Part shown: positions 27,021 to 36,412 of the stretch, piece after piece
Position numbering within the stretch: position 1 is the first letter of the stretch
How the letters are laid out: every line of letters begins with the position of its first letter
NCBI GenBank assembly: GCA_025450235.1
Contig: JANWHX010000294.1
Coordinates: 1-56,113 of the forward strand
DNA: 56,113 bases
DNA from: Chitinophagaceae bacterium
Lineage (GTDB): Bacteria > Bacteroidota > Bacteroidia > Chitinophagales > Chitinophagaceae
Reading direction: 5' to 3'
The notes under the pieces: generated by a model
The model's input: the letters and a program-made list of their open reading frames with translations, nothing else
The model's database searches: none
What the model was told of the DNA's origin: nothing
Program-made: the position numbers and the translations under genes

Positions 27021-28919
27021 TCAGTCAGTAAAGCCAATGTCCTGGTAACGCAAATATGCTTTCGCGATCTTCAAACCTGTTCCATTTTCACCGGCCGCAA
27101 TCTCAAATTCAATGCTTTCATTTTTATCATATTGTTTCAACAGGGAAATAGGTGCCCATCCCCATTTGTCCCAATTCACCTGGAACTCCTGGACCAGTCC
27201 ATCGTATTTGATCAATATCTTCCCGGGTTTGGACGAGGTGTTCAACACCAGCAGACAAAGTTGTAAAGCGCCTTTTTTCGAATTTAATTTTACTTTCAAT
27301 GGCCCTGTCTTAAGATCATGGGCATTTAGCCCCTGCAGCTTTTCACCTTCCTCAACGGTATATTTAATTTCTGTTTTGAAATCTTCAAAAGTATTTTCAT
27401 CCGGCAACATTGCTACGCTGGTCGTTTCTTTTTGTTCGGGTTGGAGAATATTATTGGACAGTTTGAAAACGGAAGGATCATTTCCTTCTACCTCAATTAG
27501 CCTCGCGCTCTTATTGAGCGACTGGCAAAAAGAAACACTGATATTATTTGAATTCCTCATGTGCAATATTGGAGCGGTGGGATTTTCCCCTTCTGCTCTT
27601 GCAAAATAAATGCCGCCATCATATACCCGGTCAAAGACGAACGCGGGCCGCTTTTCTTTTTCCGCAGAATAAATATTTATATTTTGTAAAGTAAGGCCAT
27701 CCACGCTCCGGCAATAGATTCCGTAAGCTGGCAAACCTTTAAACATAACGGCGGCAGGATAATCAAATTCCTGGAAAGGAACCTCATTGTAGGCAACAGG
27801 CAACTGGCTTTCTTCATACCTGGCAGTATAGTTACTGATCGTTATATTTTTGACAGGTTGGCGGTGAAGACCGATAATACTCGAAGGGAGTTTTGCATTA
27901 AGGACAGTAATATTAGTGAGCGAAATATCCTTTACATCATCGATCTTCTTCACATACTGTGAATCTTCAAAAGGACGGGCCCGAATACCCAACCGTATAA
28001 AAAACGGGGTGCCGACATTATTCATGCTGATATTATTCACTAAGATATTTTCCATTACTCCGCCATCAACGGTCATCAATTCAATCCCGGCATGAACCGA
28101 AATATTATTAAGAGTACAGTTGTTAATCGTAATGTTTCTGAACCCGCCATTTGATTCGGTGCCGGTCTTGATAGCCGAGCCGCCACAAGCCGTAACGATG
28201 CAGTTCGTGATCACGACATTTTCGCATAGTTCATCATTGGTCGCTTTTAATACAATAGCATCATCGGTGGTGGAGAAGCGGGAGTTTGAAACTTTGATGC
28301 GCTGGCTTGCATCAATATCCAGGCCATCCCTGTTGCCGTCGCCGTTTGTTTCAATCACGATGCCATCTACATTAACTTCCCGGCATCCAAGCAGGTGCAA
28401 GGTCCAGTTGGCAGATTCCAGCAACCTTATGTCCCGTATGATTACATTCTCACAATTGACTAACCTGATCATATACGGACGCAGGTTCTGTGGCCTCGAT
28501 TCCTGGAAATGTTTCAGACCATTACCATGAATCGTCCCCGGTCCGGTGATAGAAATATTTTTTGCACGTTCAGCGAAGATCATAAAGTACCTGGCGTATA
28601 GCTCCCGCGTTCTCGATGAGAGGTTTTGTTTTACGGCGGTGTAATCATGATAATCGGGACTGCCCAACAGCATGGCGCCGGCTTCGAGGTGAAGTTCTAC
28701 ATTGTCCTTAAGTATAAGCGTGCCGATCTTATAAGTACCGGGTGGAATAATTACAACTCCGCCTTTGCCCTGGTATGCCTTATCGATTGCCTGTTGCACT
28801 GATTTTGTGTCTAATGTCGCTCCATTACCCCGTGCGCCAAAGTTCCTTACATTATACTGACCATGTAAACCCGTAAACAAAAAACAAAACAAACAAAAAC
28901 TTATAATGACCTTCTTCAT
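27021..28919 (-). CDS. GH28-like right-handed beta-helix glycosidase (polygalacturonase family) with C-terminal extra domain
   Basis: Signal peptide. YNVRNFGARGNGATLDTKSVQQAIDKA is an N-terminal cap typical of the pectate-lyase superfamily. NRDGLDID, TTDDAIVLK and GGSAIKTG correspond to the GH28 NTDG / G-DD / G-HG blocks. Confidence 0.75.
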   Translation of the reverse strand: MKKVIISFCLFCFLFTGLHGQYNVRNFGARGNGATLDTKSVQQAIDKAYQGKGGVVIIPPGTYKIGTLILKDNVELHLEAGAMLLGSPDYHDYTAVKQNLSSRTRELYARYFMIFAERAKNISITGPGTIHGNGLKHFQESRPQNLRPYMIRLVNCENVIIRDIRLLESANWTLHLLGCREVNVDGIVIETNGDGNRDGLDIDASQRIKVSNSRFSTTDDAIVLKATNDELCENVVITNCIVTACGGSAIKTGTESNGGFRNITINNCTLNNISVHAGIELMTVDGGVMENILVNNISMNNVGTPFFIRLGIRARPFEDSQYVKKIDDVKDISLTNITVLNAKLPSSIIGLHRQPVKNITISNYTARYEESQLPVAYNEVPFQEFDYPAAVMFKGLPAYGIYCRSVDGLTLQNINIYSAEKEKRPAFVFDRVYDGGIYFARAEGENPTAPILHMRNSNNISVSFCQSLNKSARLIEVEGNDPSVFKLSNNILQPEQKETTSVAMLPDENTFEDFKTEIKYTVEEGEKLQGLNAHDLKTGPLKVKLNSKKGALQLCLLVLNTSSKPGKILIKYDGLVQEFQVNWDKWGWAPISLLKQYDKNESIEFEIAAGENGTGLKIAKAYLRYQDIGFTD

Positions 28920-28947
28920 AGCTTATCATTAATATAATCGGGTAATA

Positions 28948-31254
28948 TTATTGAGCTTCCGTTCCACGGGCTTTTCCGCCTTTTTCATTCTCTGAAATAC
29001 TCAGGGCTAAAAGGATAATGGCGTTTTCATCACCTTTCTTGTAATTGACCGGTCGCATTGTTATTTCTTTTATTTTTTTCCCGACTCGCGGGTTTAGCCA
29101 TTCAAATGCAAAAAAAGTAAGGGGGTCAGAATTGTTTGAGCAATTCACTGCCTCAGCCTGGTAGGCGTATTTGTTCTGGCTGTATTTGGTTTTTTCTTTT
29201 TCGTTAGCCAGGATCCTTTGATGCCAGCGCCAGTCCAGAATATTCACTCCGTATCGAATAGGTATTGTTTCCTTCAACCCATCATCGTAGGTAACCTCGT
29301 AAAAACCCAATGGTTCAGCTGTATCGTCAAAATCATATATCGCACCATAGGCTTTATCATTCCTGGCTTCCCTGGCGCAGGCATGCAGGAAGACGATACT
29401 GCTCGCATCCTTATTTATCGCGATAGGGCGATCGATGATTGGTTTATCGTTTGAAACTACTATTGCCTTTTTATCCTGTATCGTATTTGTGCGGAAGACC
29501 TTGTTGCCAGCTTTTACATCTCCGGATAAAAGACTCGCGCCATCTATTCCGAATCCCGGTTCCTTTAGCGACGAATTGAAATAAGCAGAAATGTCAACTG
29601 AATGCAATTTCGATCCGTCGTCAACAGGGAGTCCTTTTCCGTTAAGGCTTCTGTAAATATTACCGATAAGGGGTTCGGTTTGAATAGCTAGCTGAACCGG
29701 GGATAAATAACGATACGACCAAAGTAAGTTAGCCGATCCCAAAAAATCAGTTAGCTGGTCTTTCCCAATATTATATTCAGTGGTAGCGGCCCACGAAGAT
29801 GGAGCCCCACCCAAAACGCCTTTTATTTTATCTCTATCATCCCAATTGCCGATGTCGACGCGAAGATTTCCATACACCTGTTTCAAGCCAAATGCGGAAA
29901 CCTGCTGGTCATTCTTAATATCACTCCAAAACCAATTGAATACAAGAATATCTTTTGGGATCAATTTCGAGACCTGTTCGGGACGTAAGGCCCCGGGTAT
30001 CTTATAAGTATAGCCTGTTGAGCTTTTCCATGTTTGATGATCTTTTTCGGTGACCGATTCCAGTAAATGATCACCCCAGATAGCCGTTTTAATACCCTTT
30101 TTTGCCAGGTAATTGTGAATCTTATTCAGATCAGTTGCATAAAGTTCACCATAGTCTCTTCCCCTGCACAGTTCGCAAATATCTTTTTCCATTCTCCATT
30201 CGTCGTGTCCGACATGAATCATCGATGGATGAATGACGGCGATATATTCGTCCAATACATCAAAATACAATTTGTAGACGGCCGGTTTCAAGGGACAATA
30301 GGTATCCGGGTAAGGTTGGTTCATATTTTCCGCAAGTTCCCTATGCCCCGCCAACAAATAATAAGAATGAGTAAGCGAAGGCAATTCGGGAATAACTTCT
30401 ATCCCAAAGCTTCGCATATATTTAACCAGATCCGCTACCTCATCTTTTTCCAGAATTTGCCCGTCGGCATTATCCTGGTGCGATGAGTTCTGGTATTCCA
30501 TATGTACACCGGGCGGGCGGTCAAGTCGACTATATTTCAGGTGTTTTGCAAATTCCACAGCGCCTATATTGAGCTCCGGGTGTTTATCCAGGCGCATGTT
30601 GGCGTTGAGTTCAAGGATGATCTTATTGTATTTATATAACACGACAAAATCCCTGATAAACCGCTTAAAAAATTGAAAGTTCTCTTTTCCCGGTACGTAT
30701 AATTTGATTCCCCTGAATTGAAATCTTGGTTTATCCTCGATAAAAATTTGCGGAACAGTAATATCATCACCTTTTTTTCGAATAAGTTGACGGAGCGAAG
30801 ACAGTCCCCACATGACTCCCTTCCCGTTATTCGCGGTAATGATGATCTTATTTTTACTGACTGATAAAATATATCCTTCATCGCCGAGCGATTGTAATCG
30901 GGAAGTCCAGCCCTCCCGCAGACAATAAGCCCGAACTGTAGGATCACTGATATCTCCGATCAGTATATACTTGTCGCTGCCCTTTAAGCTAGAACGGTTC
31001 ACAACTGGCAATGCAATTTGGTATTTGTCGATCAACTCAATGGAAAGTAAAGCAACAAGTACATTGTTCGTGCCGTTTTTAATGCTAGACTGAACAATGG
31101 ACACGGATTTGCCCAGGAAAAATTCCTCATGTCCTGCTTCCATTTTCAATGGAAGCGGAAAGATCAAAGGCTTTTCCTGCGCCGTAGTAGTTTGAAATAG
31201 TATAGCAAGATTTGCAGCAGTCAATGCAAAAATCCTGCATATGCCTTTGCTCAT
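28948..31254 (-). CDS. GH20-like hexosaminidase-family protein, paralogue of 21476..23839
   Basis: IEDKPRFQFRGIKLYVPG and HVGHDEWRM. It has the same domain order and C-terminal domain as its paralogue. Confidence 0.65.
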   Translation of the reverse strand: MSKGICRIFALTAANLAILFQTTTAQEKPLIFPLPLKMEAGHEEFFLGKSVSIVQSSIKNGTNNVLVALLSIELIDKYQIALPVVNRSSLKGSDKYILIGDISDPTVRAYCLREGWTSRLQSLGDEGYILSVSKNKIIITANNGKGVMWGLSSLRQLIRKKGDDITVPQIFIEDKPRFQFRGIKLYVPGKENFQFFKRFIRDFVVLYKYNKIILELNANMRLDKHPELNIGAVEFAKHLKYSRLDRPPGVHMEYQNSSHQDNADGQILEKDEVADLVKYMRSFGIEVIPELPSLTHSYYLLAGHRELAENMNQPYPDTYCPLKPAVYKLYFDVLDEYIAVIHPSMIHVGHDEWRMEKDICELCRGRDYGELYATDLNKIHNYLAKKGIKTAIWGDHLLESVTEKDHQTWKSSTGYTYKIPGALRPEQVSKLIPKDILVFNWFWSDIKNDQQVSAFGLKQVYGNLRVDIGNWDDRDKIKGVLGGAPSSWAATTEYNIGKDQLTDFLGSANLLWSYRYLSPVQLAIQTEPLIGNIYRSLNGKGLPVDDGSKLHSVDISAYFNSSLKEPGFGIDGASLLSGDVKAGNKVFRTNTIQDKKAIVVSNDKPIIDRPIAINKDASSIVFLHACAREARNDKAYGAIYDFDDTAEPLGFYEVTYDDGLKETIPIRYGVNILDWRWHQRILANEKEKTKYSQNKYAYQAEAVNCSNNSDPLTFFAFEWLNPRVGKKIKEITMRPVNYKKGDENAIILLALSISENEKGGKARGTEAQ

Positions 31255-31284
31255 GCGGAAAATGGTTTTAATTCAATCGTATTT

Positions 31285-31349
31285 TAAAAATAGCCCCCGG
31301 CTCCAGATTTTAGTTCTGCTTATCAATTGACTTTATGTACTTTTTTGCC
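31285..31349 (-). promoter_or_regulatory. promoter 'e' for the GH20-like/GH28-like unit
   Basis: On the minus strand: GGCAAAAAAGTACA (31336-31340), ATAAGCAGAAC (31313-31323) and TATTTTTA (31285-31292). Same 48-nt spacing. The -33 position reads TAAA, which is poor. Confidence 0.45.
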
Positions 31350-31360
31350 AATACAGCACG

Positions 31361-33205
31361 CTAGTTGATCGCCCTTTGTTTTACTTCTGTCAGCGAAGAA
31401 GAACTATCCGTTAATGATTGAAAGAAGGCAATAATACTTCTTATTTCTTCTTTAGTTAACTTCAATGGAGTGGATGACAGCGTTTGGTTTGGCACTTTCA
31501 AGCCCATTCCTTGTCCGCCACCCTTGTTATAAAAATCCAAAACAGATTCGAGCGTGGGAAATTGCCCGTTGTGCATGTAAGGGGCGGTTTTCGCTATGTC
31601 ACGCAGGCCGGGAGTTTTAAATGCTCCTTTGAGAAATGCAAGCCGATAAGTTGCATACCTCCCGCTATCAGGATCGAGATGTGGCGATTTGAAATTGATG
31701 TTGGTGGTCGTCCCCACTACCTCCAATGACGTTTTATTGTATAACGGTGGCGTCAACCCGTTAAACAAAGGCGCAGTATGACAGGTTCCACACAATGCTT
31801 TGCCCATAAATAAATTGAATCCTTTTTTCTGTTCGGGATTCATCGCAGTGTTATCCCCCCTGATATACCTGTCAAATGGAGAATCAAATGGCGCAAGGGT
31901 TTTTAAAAAGGCGGAAATGGATAAAACAACATTGTCGATCGTTATCGCATCCTGTTCTTTGTTGCCGGGAAATGCTCCATTGAAATCATGGACGTAGTGT
32001 TCTTTATCTTTCAGTCGTTTAACAATTACTACGTGATCCGCATTCATTTCGATGGGATTTCTTAAAACTGTTTTTACCTGGTCTTCAAAATTCTTCACGC
32101 TTCCATCCCAGAATTGGGAATACTGAAAAGCCGAATAGAGAAGGGTTGGGGCATTTCTTTTGACAGTAGAAACGCCGTCCATAGTTATGCTTTTGGTCAA
32201 ACCATCGGTAAAATATTTTTCCGGTTGGTGACAAGTGGCGCAGCTCCTGCTATTATTTCCGGACAAAACTGTTTCGAAAAAAAGCTTTCGTCCTAAGGCC
32301 ACAAGTGCTGGCGATATTTCCCGGTTGTCGTTTACAATAATAGCGCGAGGGTCGAAAAGATTATCGGCCTCATAGTTCAAGGCTTTGACAGTGTTTAGAC
32401 CGAATCCATTTTCCCGAATAAACAGGTTCAAGTAGTGTTCGAACGGCAACGCGGCATTAGTAAGAAAATCCAACCTGTCAAAGGAATTGAAATTGCTGTT
32501 ACCGGTCCGCTTAACCGCGGCATTTAAATAATAAGTTACGCTGTCTGCCATCCTTCCTTTTGTATCCAGATAGGGCGACAGCAGGAGTTGGAATGCTGTC
32601 AATACCTGCTTTGCTTCGCTGATTCCTGTTTTTAATTCAGGTGCATCAAACCCGGCAATCCCCTGGGTCATCACACTGATCAGCTCAAGCCGGATACTTT
32701 CCAATATTTGGGCATCATCAATGGGTAGATTGTATAAAAGTGAATTGAGGTCCTCTGCCGCTGTCCGGATAAGCGACACCTGTTGAAGCATTTCCTTTTT
32801 TTGTTTTTCAGGCTTTGCTGAAAACAGCAATTGCTCTATTACCTGCAGACCCGTAGGATCGCGATATTCCAAGAAAGGTTCTTCGGCCTCCGGCACCGGG
32901 GGCGCATTGTAAATGATAGCCACGGTGCTGAAAAAATAGTTAAGAAAGAATTCGATGTTTTTATACTGGAGACGGCATTTCTTCAACGCCCCTTTTGCTG
33001 ACGCCAACTTAGAGGGATCGCTGTCTTTTATCTTCCTGATTTTTTCCTGCAAATCAGCTGTACTTTGGGCAAAGCTTACCGACTGCTGTTTAAAATAGTT
33101 TAGGGTTGATTCAACGCCTATTGCCTCAAGTTTTTTGGGAACTATCGTCAGACTCAGCAAGCCTACACAAAGACCAATCAAACCAATGGTGAAGTATTTC
33201 CTCAT
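31361..33205 (-). CDS. di-haem cytochrome c peroxidase (CCP/MauG family) with ~300-aa N-terminal helical extension
   Basis: Signal peptide. Two CxxCH haem sites (SCATCHQPE and CGTCHTAP). The spacing and flanks are typical of bacterial CCP. Confidence 0.85.
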   Translation of the reverse strand: MRKYFTIGLIGLCVGLLSLTIVPKKLEAIGVESTLNYFKQQSVSFAQSTADLQEKIRKIKDSDPSKLASAKGALKKCRLQYKNIEFFLNYFFSTVAIIYNAPPVPEAEEPFLEYRDPTGLQVIEQLLFSAKPEKQKKEMLQQVSLIRTAAEDLNSLLYNLPIDDAQILESIRLELISVMTQGIAGFDAPELKTGISEAKQVLTAFQLLLSPYLDTKGRMADSVTYYLNAAVKRTGNSNFNSFDRLDFLTNAALPFEHYLNLFIRENGFGLNTVKALNYEADNLFDPRAIIVNDNREISPALVALGRKLFFETVLSGNNSRSCATCHQPEKYFTDGLTKSITMDGVSTVKRNAPTLLYSAFQYSQFWDGSVKNFEDQVKTVLRNPIEMNADHVVIVKRLKDKEHYVHDFNGAFPGNKEQDAITIDNVVLSISAFLKTLAPFDSPFDRYIRGDNTAMNPEQKKGFNLFMGKALCGTCHTAPLFNGLTPPLYNKTSLEVVGTTTNINFKSPHLDPDSGRYATYRLAFLKGAFKTPGLRDIAKTAPYMHNGQFPTLESVLDFYNKGGGQGMGLKVPNQTLSSTPLKLTKEEIRSIIAFFQSLTDSSSSLTEVKQRAIN

Positions 33206-33220
33206 CTCACTATGCTTTAC

Positions 33221-34789
33221 TCATTCCACTATTATTCTGAATGTATCACGCAGACAAAGATATTTATCATGAACCGTATATTCAGATATTCCTGGAGTTG
33301 GCGAAATTCGGATAGTGCGGGTCTTTTGTTTCGTGTTCCATTCATAATCTCCCACAAATGAAGCGGTCAAAGCAATGGTCTGTCCTTTTTTGAGATGGAT
33401 GATCGTATTCCAGTTTACATTTTTCATGATCGTAAACTGGTCACGTATTACACCATCTTCACATATCCATTTTAGGTCAAGCCGGTTTCCGTTCACTTCA
33501 AGCATATTCGCTCCGCCATGAATAGAATCTGCATAATACATTGCGTTGTGTGGCCAGGTAGGCTGAACCGAACTAACAGTTTCCGAGGAGGCACCGGTCA
33601 CAACATACACGGTTCCCCGATTCGTTGAATCTTTGATATAAGGACAGGAATTGCGATTGCCATTGTAAAGGCCCGAAGAATTGCCCAGGTTGTATTTCGC
33701 CGCGTCGAAACTTCCTTCAACTCCATAGTGTCCGTGCATTAACCGTGTACGTTCATAATTATGGGTGTGGCCGCATAAAACAAGATCAACACCGTAACGT
33801 TCCAGCAACGGTACCACATTTTCTCTTATCCTTGACTCCATATCATTGTCGGAGCTATGTGAACCCATACTATAGGGTGGATGATGCCAGTAAGCAATGA
33901 CCCAATCCGTATTTTTATTCTTAGCCAAATCTTTTTTTAACCACTGAAATTGGATTCCTGTTGTGTCGGACAAATTCGTACTGTCCTGTTGGCCAAAAGA
34001 ATCCAGCGCTATCAAATGGATGTTCCCGATATCATATGAATAAAATGCCTGGTTATGCGATGGAACTCCGCCGCTTTCCCCGTTTTCAGGCATCGAAAAT
34101 ATTTTAAAATAATCCAGTTTACTATGATCCAGGAAAGCGCTATCATCGTTGTCCCAATAGTCGTGGTTACCCGTGACCGGGAACACAGGATATTTTTTTA
34201 GCATGTTCTTGTAAATATTAAAGAACTCAACCTGGTATTCCGCGTCTAATCCAAAATTATAAGCGTTGTCTCCAAGTGTGATCCAGGCCAGCATATCCTT
34301 GCTGCCAAGATATTTTGAAAATTGGTCACGGACTTGCGGCTGCATGGTAGTAAGACTTCCCGGATCGCCAAATACACCGATACGCAAACCCCCCTTTTCA
34401 CCAGCCGGCGGTAACGTAATAAAAAGATTGTTAACGTCACCTTGTAACACCACATCTTTTGAACCTATCGCATAATAATATCTTGTTTTAGCGTCCAATC
34501 CCTCCAGTTTTACCATATGATCAATAACAAGAGTATTGTCAAACGCCGTCTTATCAAGATGACCCGGTGCCTTGCCAAACCGAACAGAACTGGAGCTGGC
34601 GATATCCGTCCTCCAACGTACAATGATGCTGTTGTCGCTGAGGACCTGCAGATAGGGTCCACGTATCAATATGGGTTTTGGCTCCGCTTTTTTACTTATG
34701 CTTCCAATGTTGTCGTGGATTGAATAATCGAATGCGCTATCAAAAGAAGACATTGTGACAAGATATATGGCTACAAATAGATACTTCAT
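33221..34789 (-). CDS. purple-acid-phosphatase-like metallophosphoesterase (paralogue 3 of 3)
   Basis: Contains the five PAP blocks: GVFGDPG, LGDNAYNFG (GDxxY), TGNHDY, WHHPPYS and CGHTHNYER. A conserved C-terminal ~90-aa domain is present (WICEDGVIRDQFT). Confidence 0.8.
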   Translation of the reverse strand: MKYLFVAIYLVTMSSFDSAFDYSIHDNIGSISKKAEPKPILIRGPYLQVLSDNSIIVRWRTDIASSSSVRFGKAPGHLDKTAFDNTLVIDHMVKLEGLDAKTRYYYAIGSKDVVLQGDVNNLFITLPPAGEKGGLRIGVFGDPGSLTTMQPQVRDQFSKYLGSKDMLAWITLGDNAYNFGLDAEYQVEFFNIYKNMLKKYPVFPVTGNHDYWDNDDSAFLDHSKLDYFKIFSMPENGESGGVPSHNQAFYSYDIGNIHLIALDSFGQQDSTNLSDTTGIQFQWLKKDLAKNKNTDWVIAYWHHPPYSMGSHSSDNDMESRIRENVVPLLERYGVDLVLCGHTHNYERTRLMHGHYGVEGSFDAAKYNLGNSSGLYNGNRNSCPYIKDSTNRGTVYVVTGASSETVSSVQPTWPHNAMYYADSIHGGANMLEVNGNRLDLKWICEDGVIRDQFTIMKNVNWNTIIHLKKGQTIALTASFVGDYEWNTKQKTRTIRISPTPGISEYTVHDKYLCLRDTFRIIVE

Positions 34790-34825
34790 GTTCTTTTTTC
34801 AAAATATTATACCACCCGATGAGTT

Positions 34826-36400
34826 TTATCTTGAAACATTTACTTCAAAAATATCTTTCAAACATCCGAATTTGTCATTTACCGTGTACGTTGTCTTTCC
34901 AACTGGTGGGACAATCTCGATCGTACGTTGATCCTGTTTGCTTTTGTTCCAAATATATTTATCGCTGATAAATGAGGCGGTTAATTTCACGGCTTGTCCT
35001 TTTGCGGATTGAATCACCGATTTTTTGTTTACATTTTTCATCAGGGTAAACTGGTCCCGGATCACTCCATCTGCACAGATCCATTTAAAATCCAAGCGGT
35101 TCTCCTGTACCTCGAGCATGCCGGCGCCGGCATCCGTTGCATTTGAATAGCGCATGGCTGCATGCGGAAAACTGGTATCCGGTTTTCCTACATAACTGGA
35201 AGTACCACTTACGACGTACACGGTACCATGATCGGGAGAAGCCCCTTTAATATAAGGGCATGAGTTTTTACTTCCATTATATAAACCGGTGGACGGACTT
35301 AGACTGTATTTCTTTTCATCATAATCAGCTTCCTTTCCAAAATAGTTGTTGATTAAACCGGAGCGTTCATATACATGGCTGTGACCACATATGATTAGGT
35401 CAACCCCATACCGCTCGAGTATGCCGATAAAATTCTGACGTATCGCGGACATGATGCCGTCTGAATCGGAATTGTGAGTGCCCATAGAGTAGGGAGGGTA
35501 ATGAAAAAATGCGATCACCCATTCTTTATTTCTGTTGGCTTCAAGATCTTTCTTGACCCACTGAACCTGCGGCCCCAGCGTATCAAAGAGAAAATATTTA
35601 CTTTCCTCTTTTCCGTAAGAATCCAGCGACAGGAAATGAATATTGCCAAGATCAAAAGAATAAAACGCCTTATTGTGGGACGCCACTCCGCCTCCTTCGC
35701 CATTCACTGGCATAGAAAAATTCTGATAGTAAGCAGTTGAATGATTATTCTGCGCATAATTTGCTGTGAAATCGACATCGTGGTAATCATGATTACCGGG
35801 ATTTGGAAACACGGGGTATTTTTTCAGGAGCTTATCCTGGAAAATATTAAAAAACTTCGCCTGGTATTCCATGTCCGACCCATCGTTATAGGCGTTATCG
35901 CCCAGCAGGATCCATGCGTTAAGAAGATCATTTCCCAAATATTTGACAAACTGATCACGCACGTTAGCCTGGTTAAGTGACAAACTTCCCGGGTCTCCGA
36001 AAACGCCAACCCGGTAAAATCCTTCCGTACCGCGTGCCGGCAACGTATAAAAATAGATTTCGTCTCCATATTGAAGTGTATCCTGCAAAGTGCCAATTGA
36101 ATAATAATATTTGGTTTTAGATTGGAGTGCTGTAAGTTTTATTTCATGCTCGGTTTTTAATGCCAGGTCGTCTTTTACGAGGTTGAGGTTACCGGCAACA
36201 GTTCCGTATCTCACCCTGCTCCTTGTGGAGGCGTCTGTTCTCCAGCGGATCACCATGCTTGTATCTGTCGCTACCTGTAGGTAAGGTCCCCTGATCAGCA
36301 AGGGCTTGTTTTTAAACCGAGGGTCGTTTTTTGGCGCTGAGTTCTGCGTCCAACCATTCATCACCATAAATAGAGACAACAATAAAAATAAATTCCTCAT
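34826..36400 (-). CDS. purple-acid-phosphatase-like metallophosphoesterase (paralogue 2 of 3)
   Basis: GVFGDPG, LGDNAYNDG, PGNHDY, FHYPPYS and CGHSHVYER, plus a signal peptide. Confidence 0.8.
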   Translation of the reverse strand: MRNLFLLLSLFMVMNGWTQNSAPKNDPRFKNKPLLIRGPYLQVATDTSMVIRWRTDASTRSRVRYGTVAGNLNLVKDDLALKTEHEIKLTALQSKTKYYYSIGTLQDTLQYGDEIYFYTLPARGTEGFYRVGVFGDPGSLSLNQANVRDQFVKYLGNDLLNAWILLGDNAYNDGSDMEYQAKFFNIFQDKLLKKYPVFPNPGNHDYHDVDFTANYAQNNHSTAYYQNFSMPVNGEGGGVASHNKAFYSFDLGNIHFLSLDSYGKEESKYFLFDTLGPQVQWVKKDLEANRNKEWVIAFFHYPPYSMGTHNSDSDGIMSAIRQNFIGILERYGVDLIICGHSHVYERSGLINNYFGKEADYDEKKYSLSPSTGLYNGSKNSCPYIKGASPDHGTVYVVSGTSSYVGKPDTSFPHAAMRYSNATDAGAGMLEVQENRLDFKWICADGVIRDQFTLMKNVNKKSVIQSAKGQAVKLTASFISDKYIWNKSKQDQRTIEIVPPVGKTTYTVNDKFGCLKDIFEVNVSR

Positions 36401-36412
36401 TGTTTTACTTCA

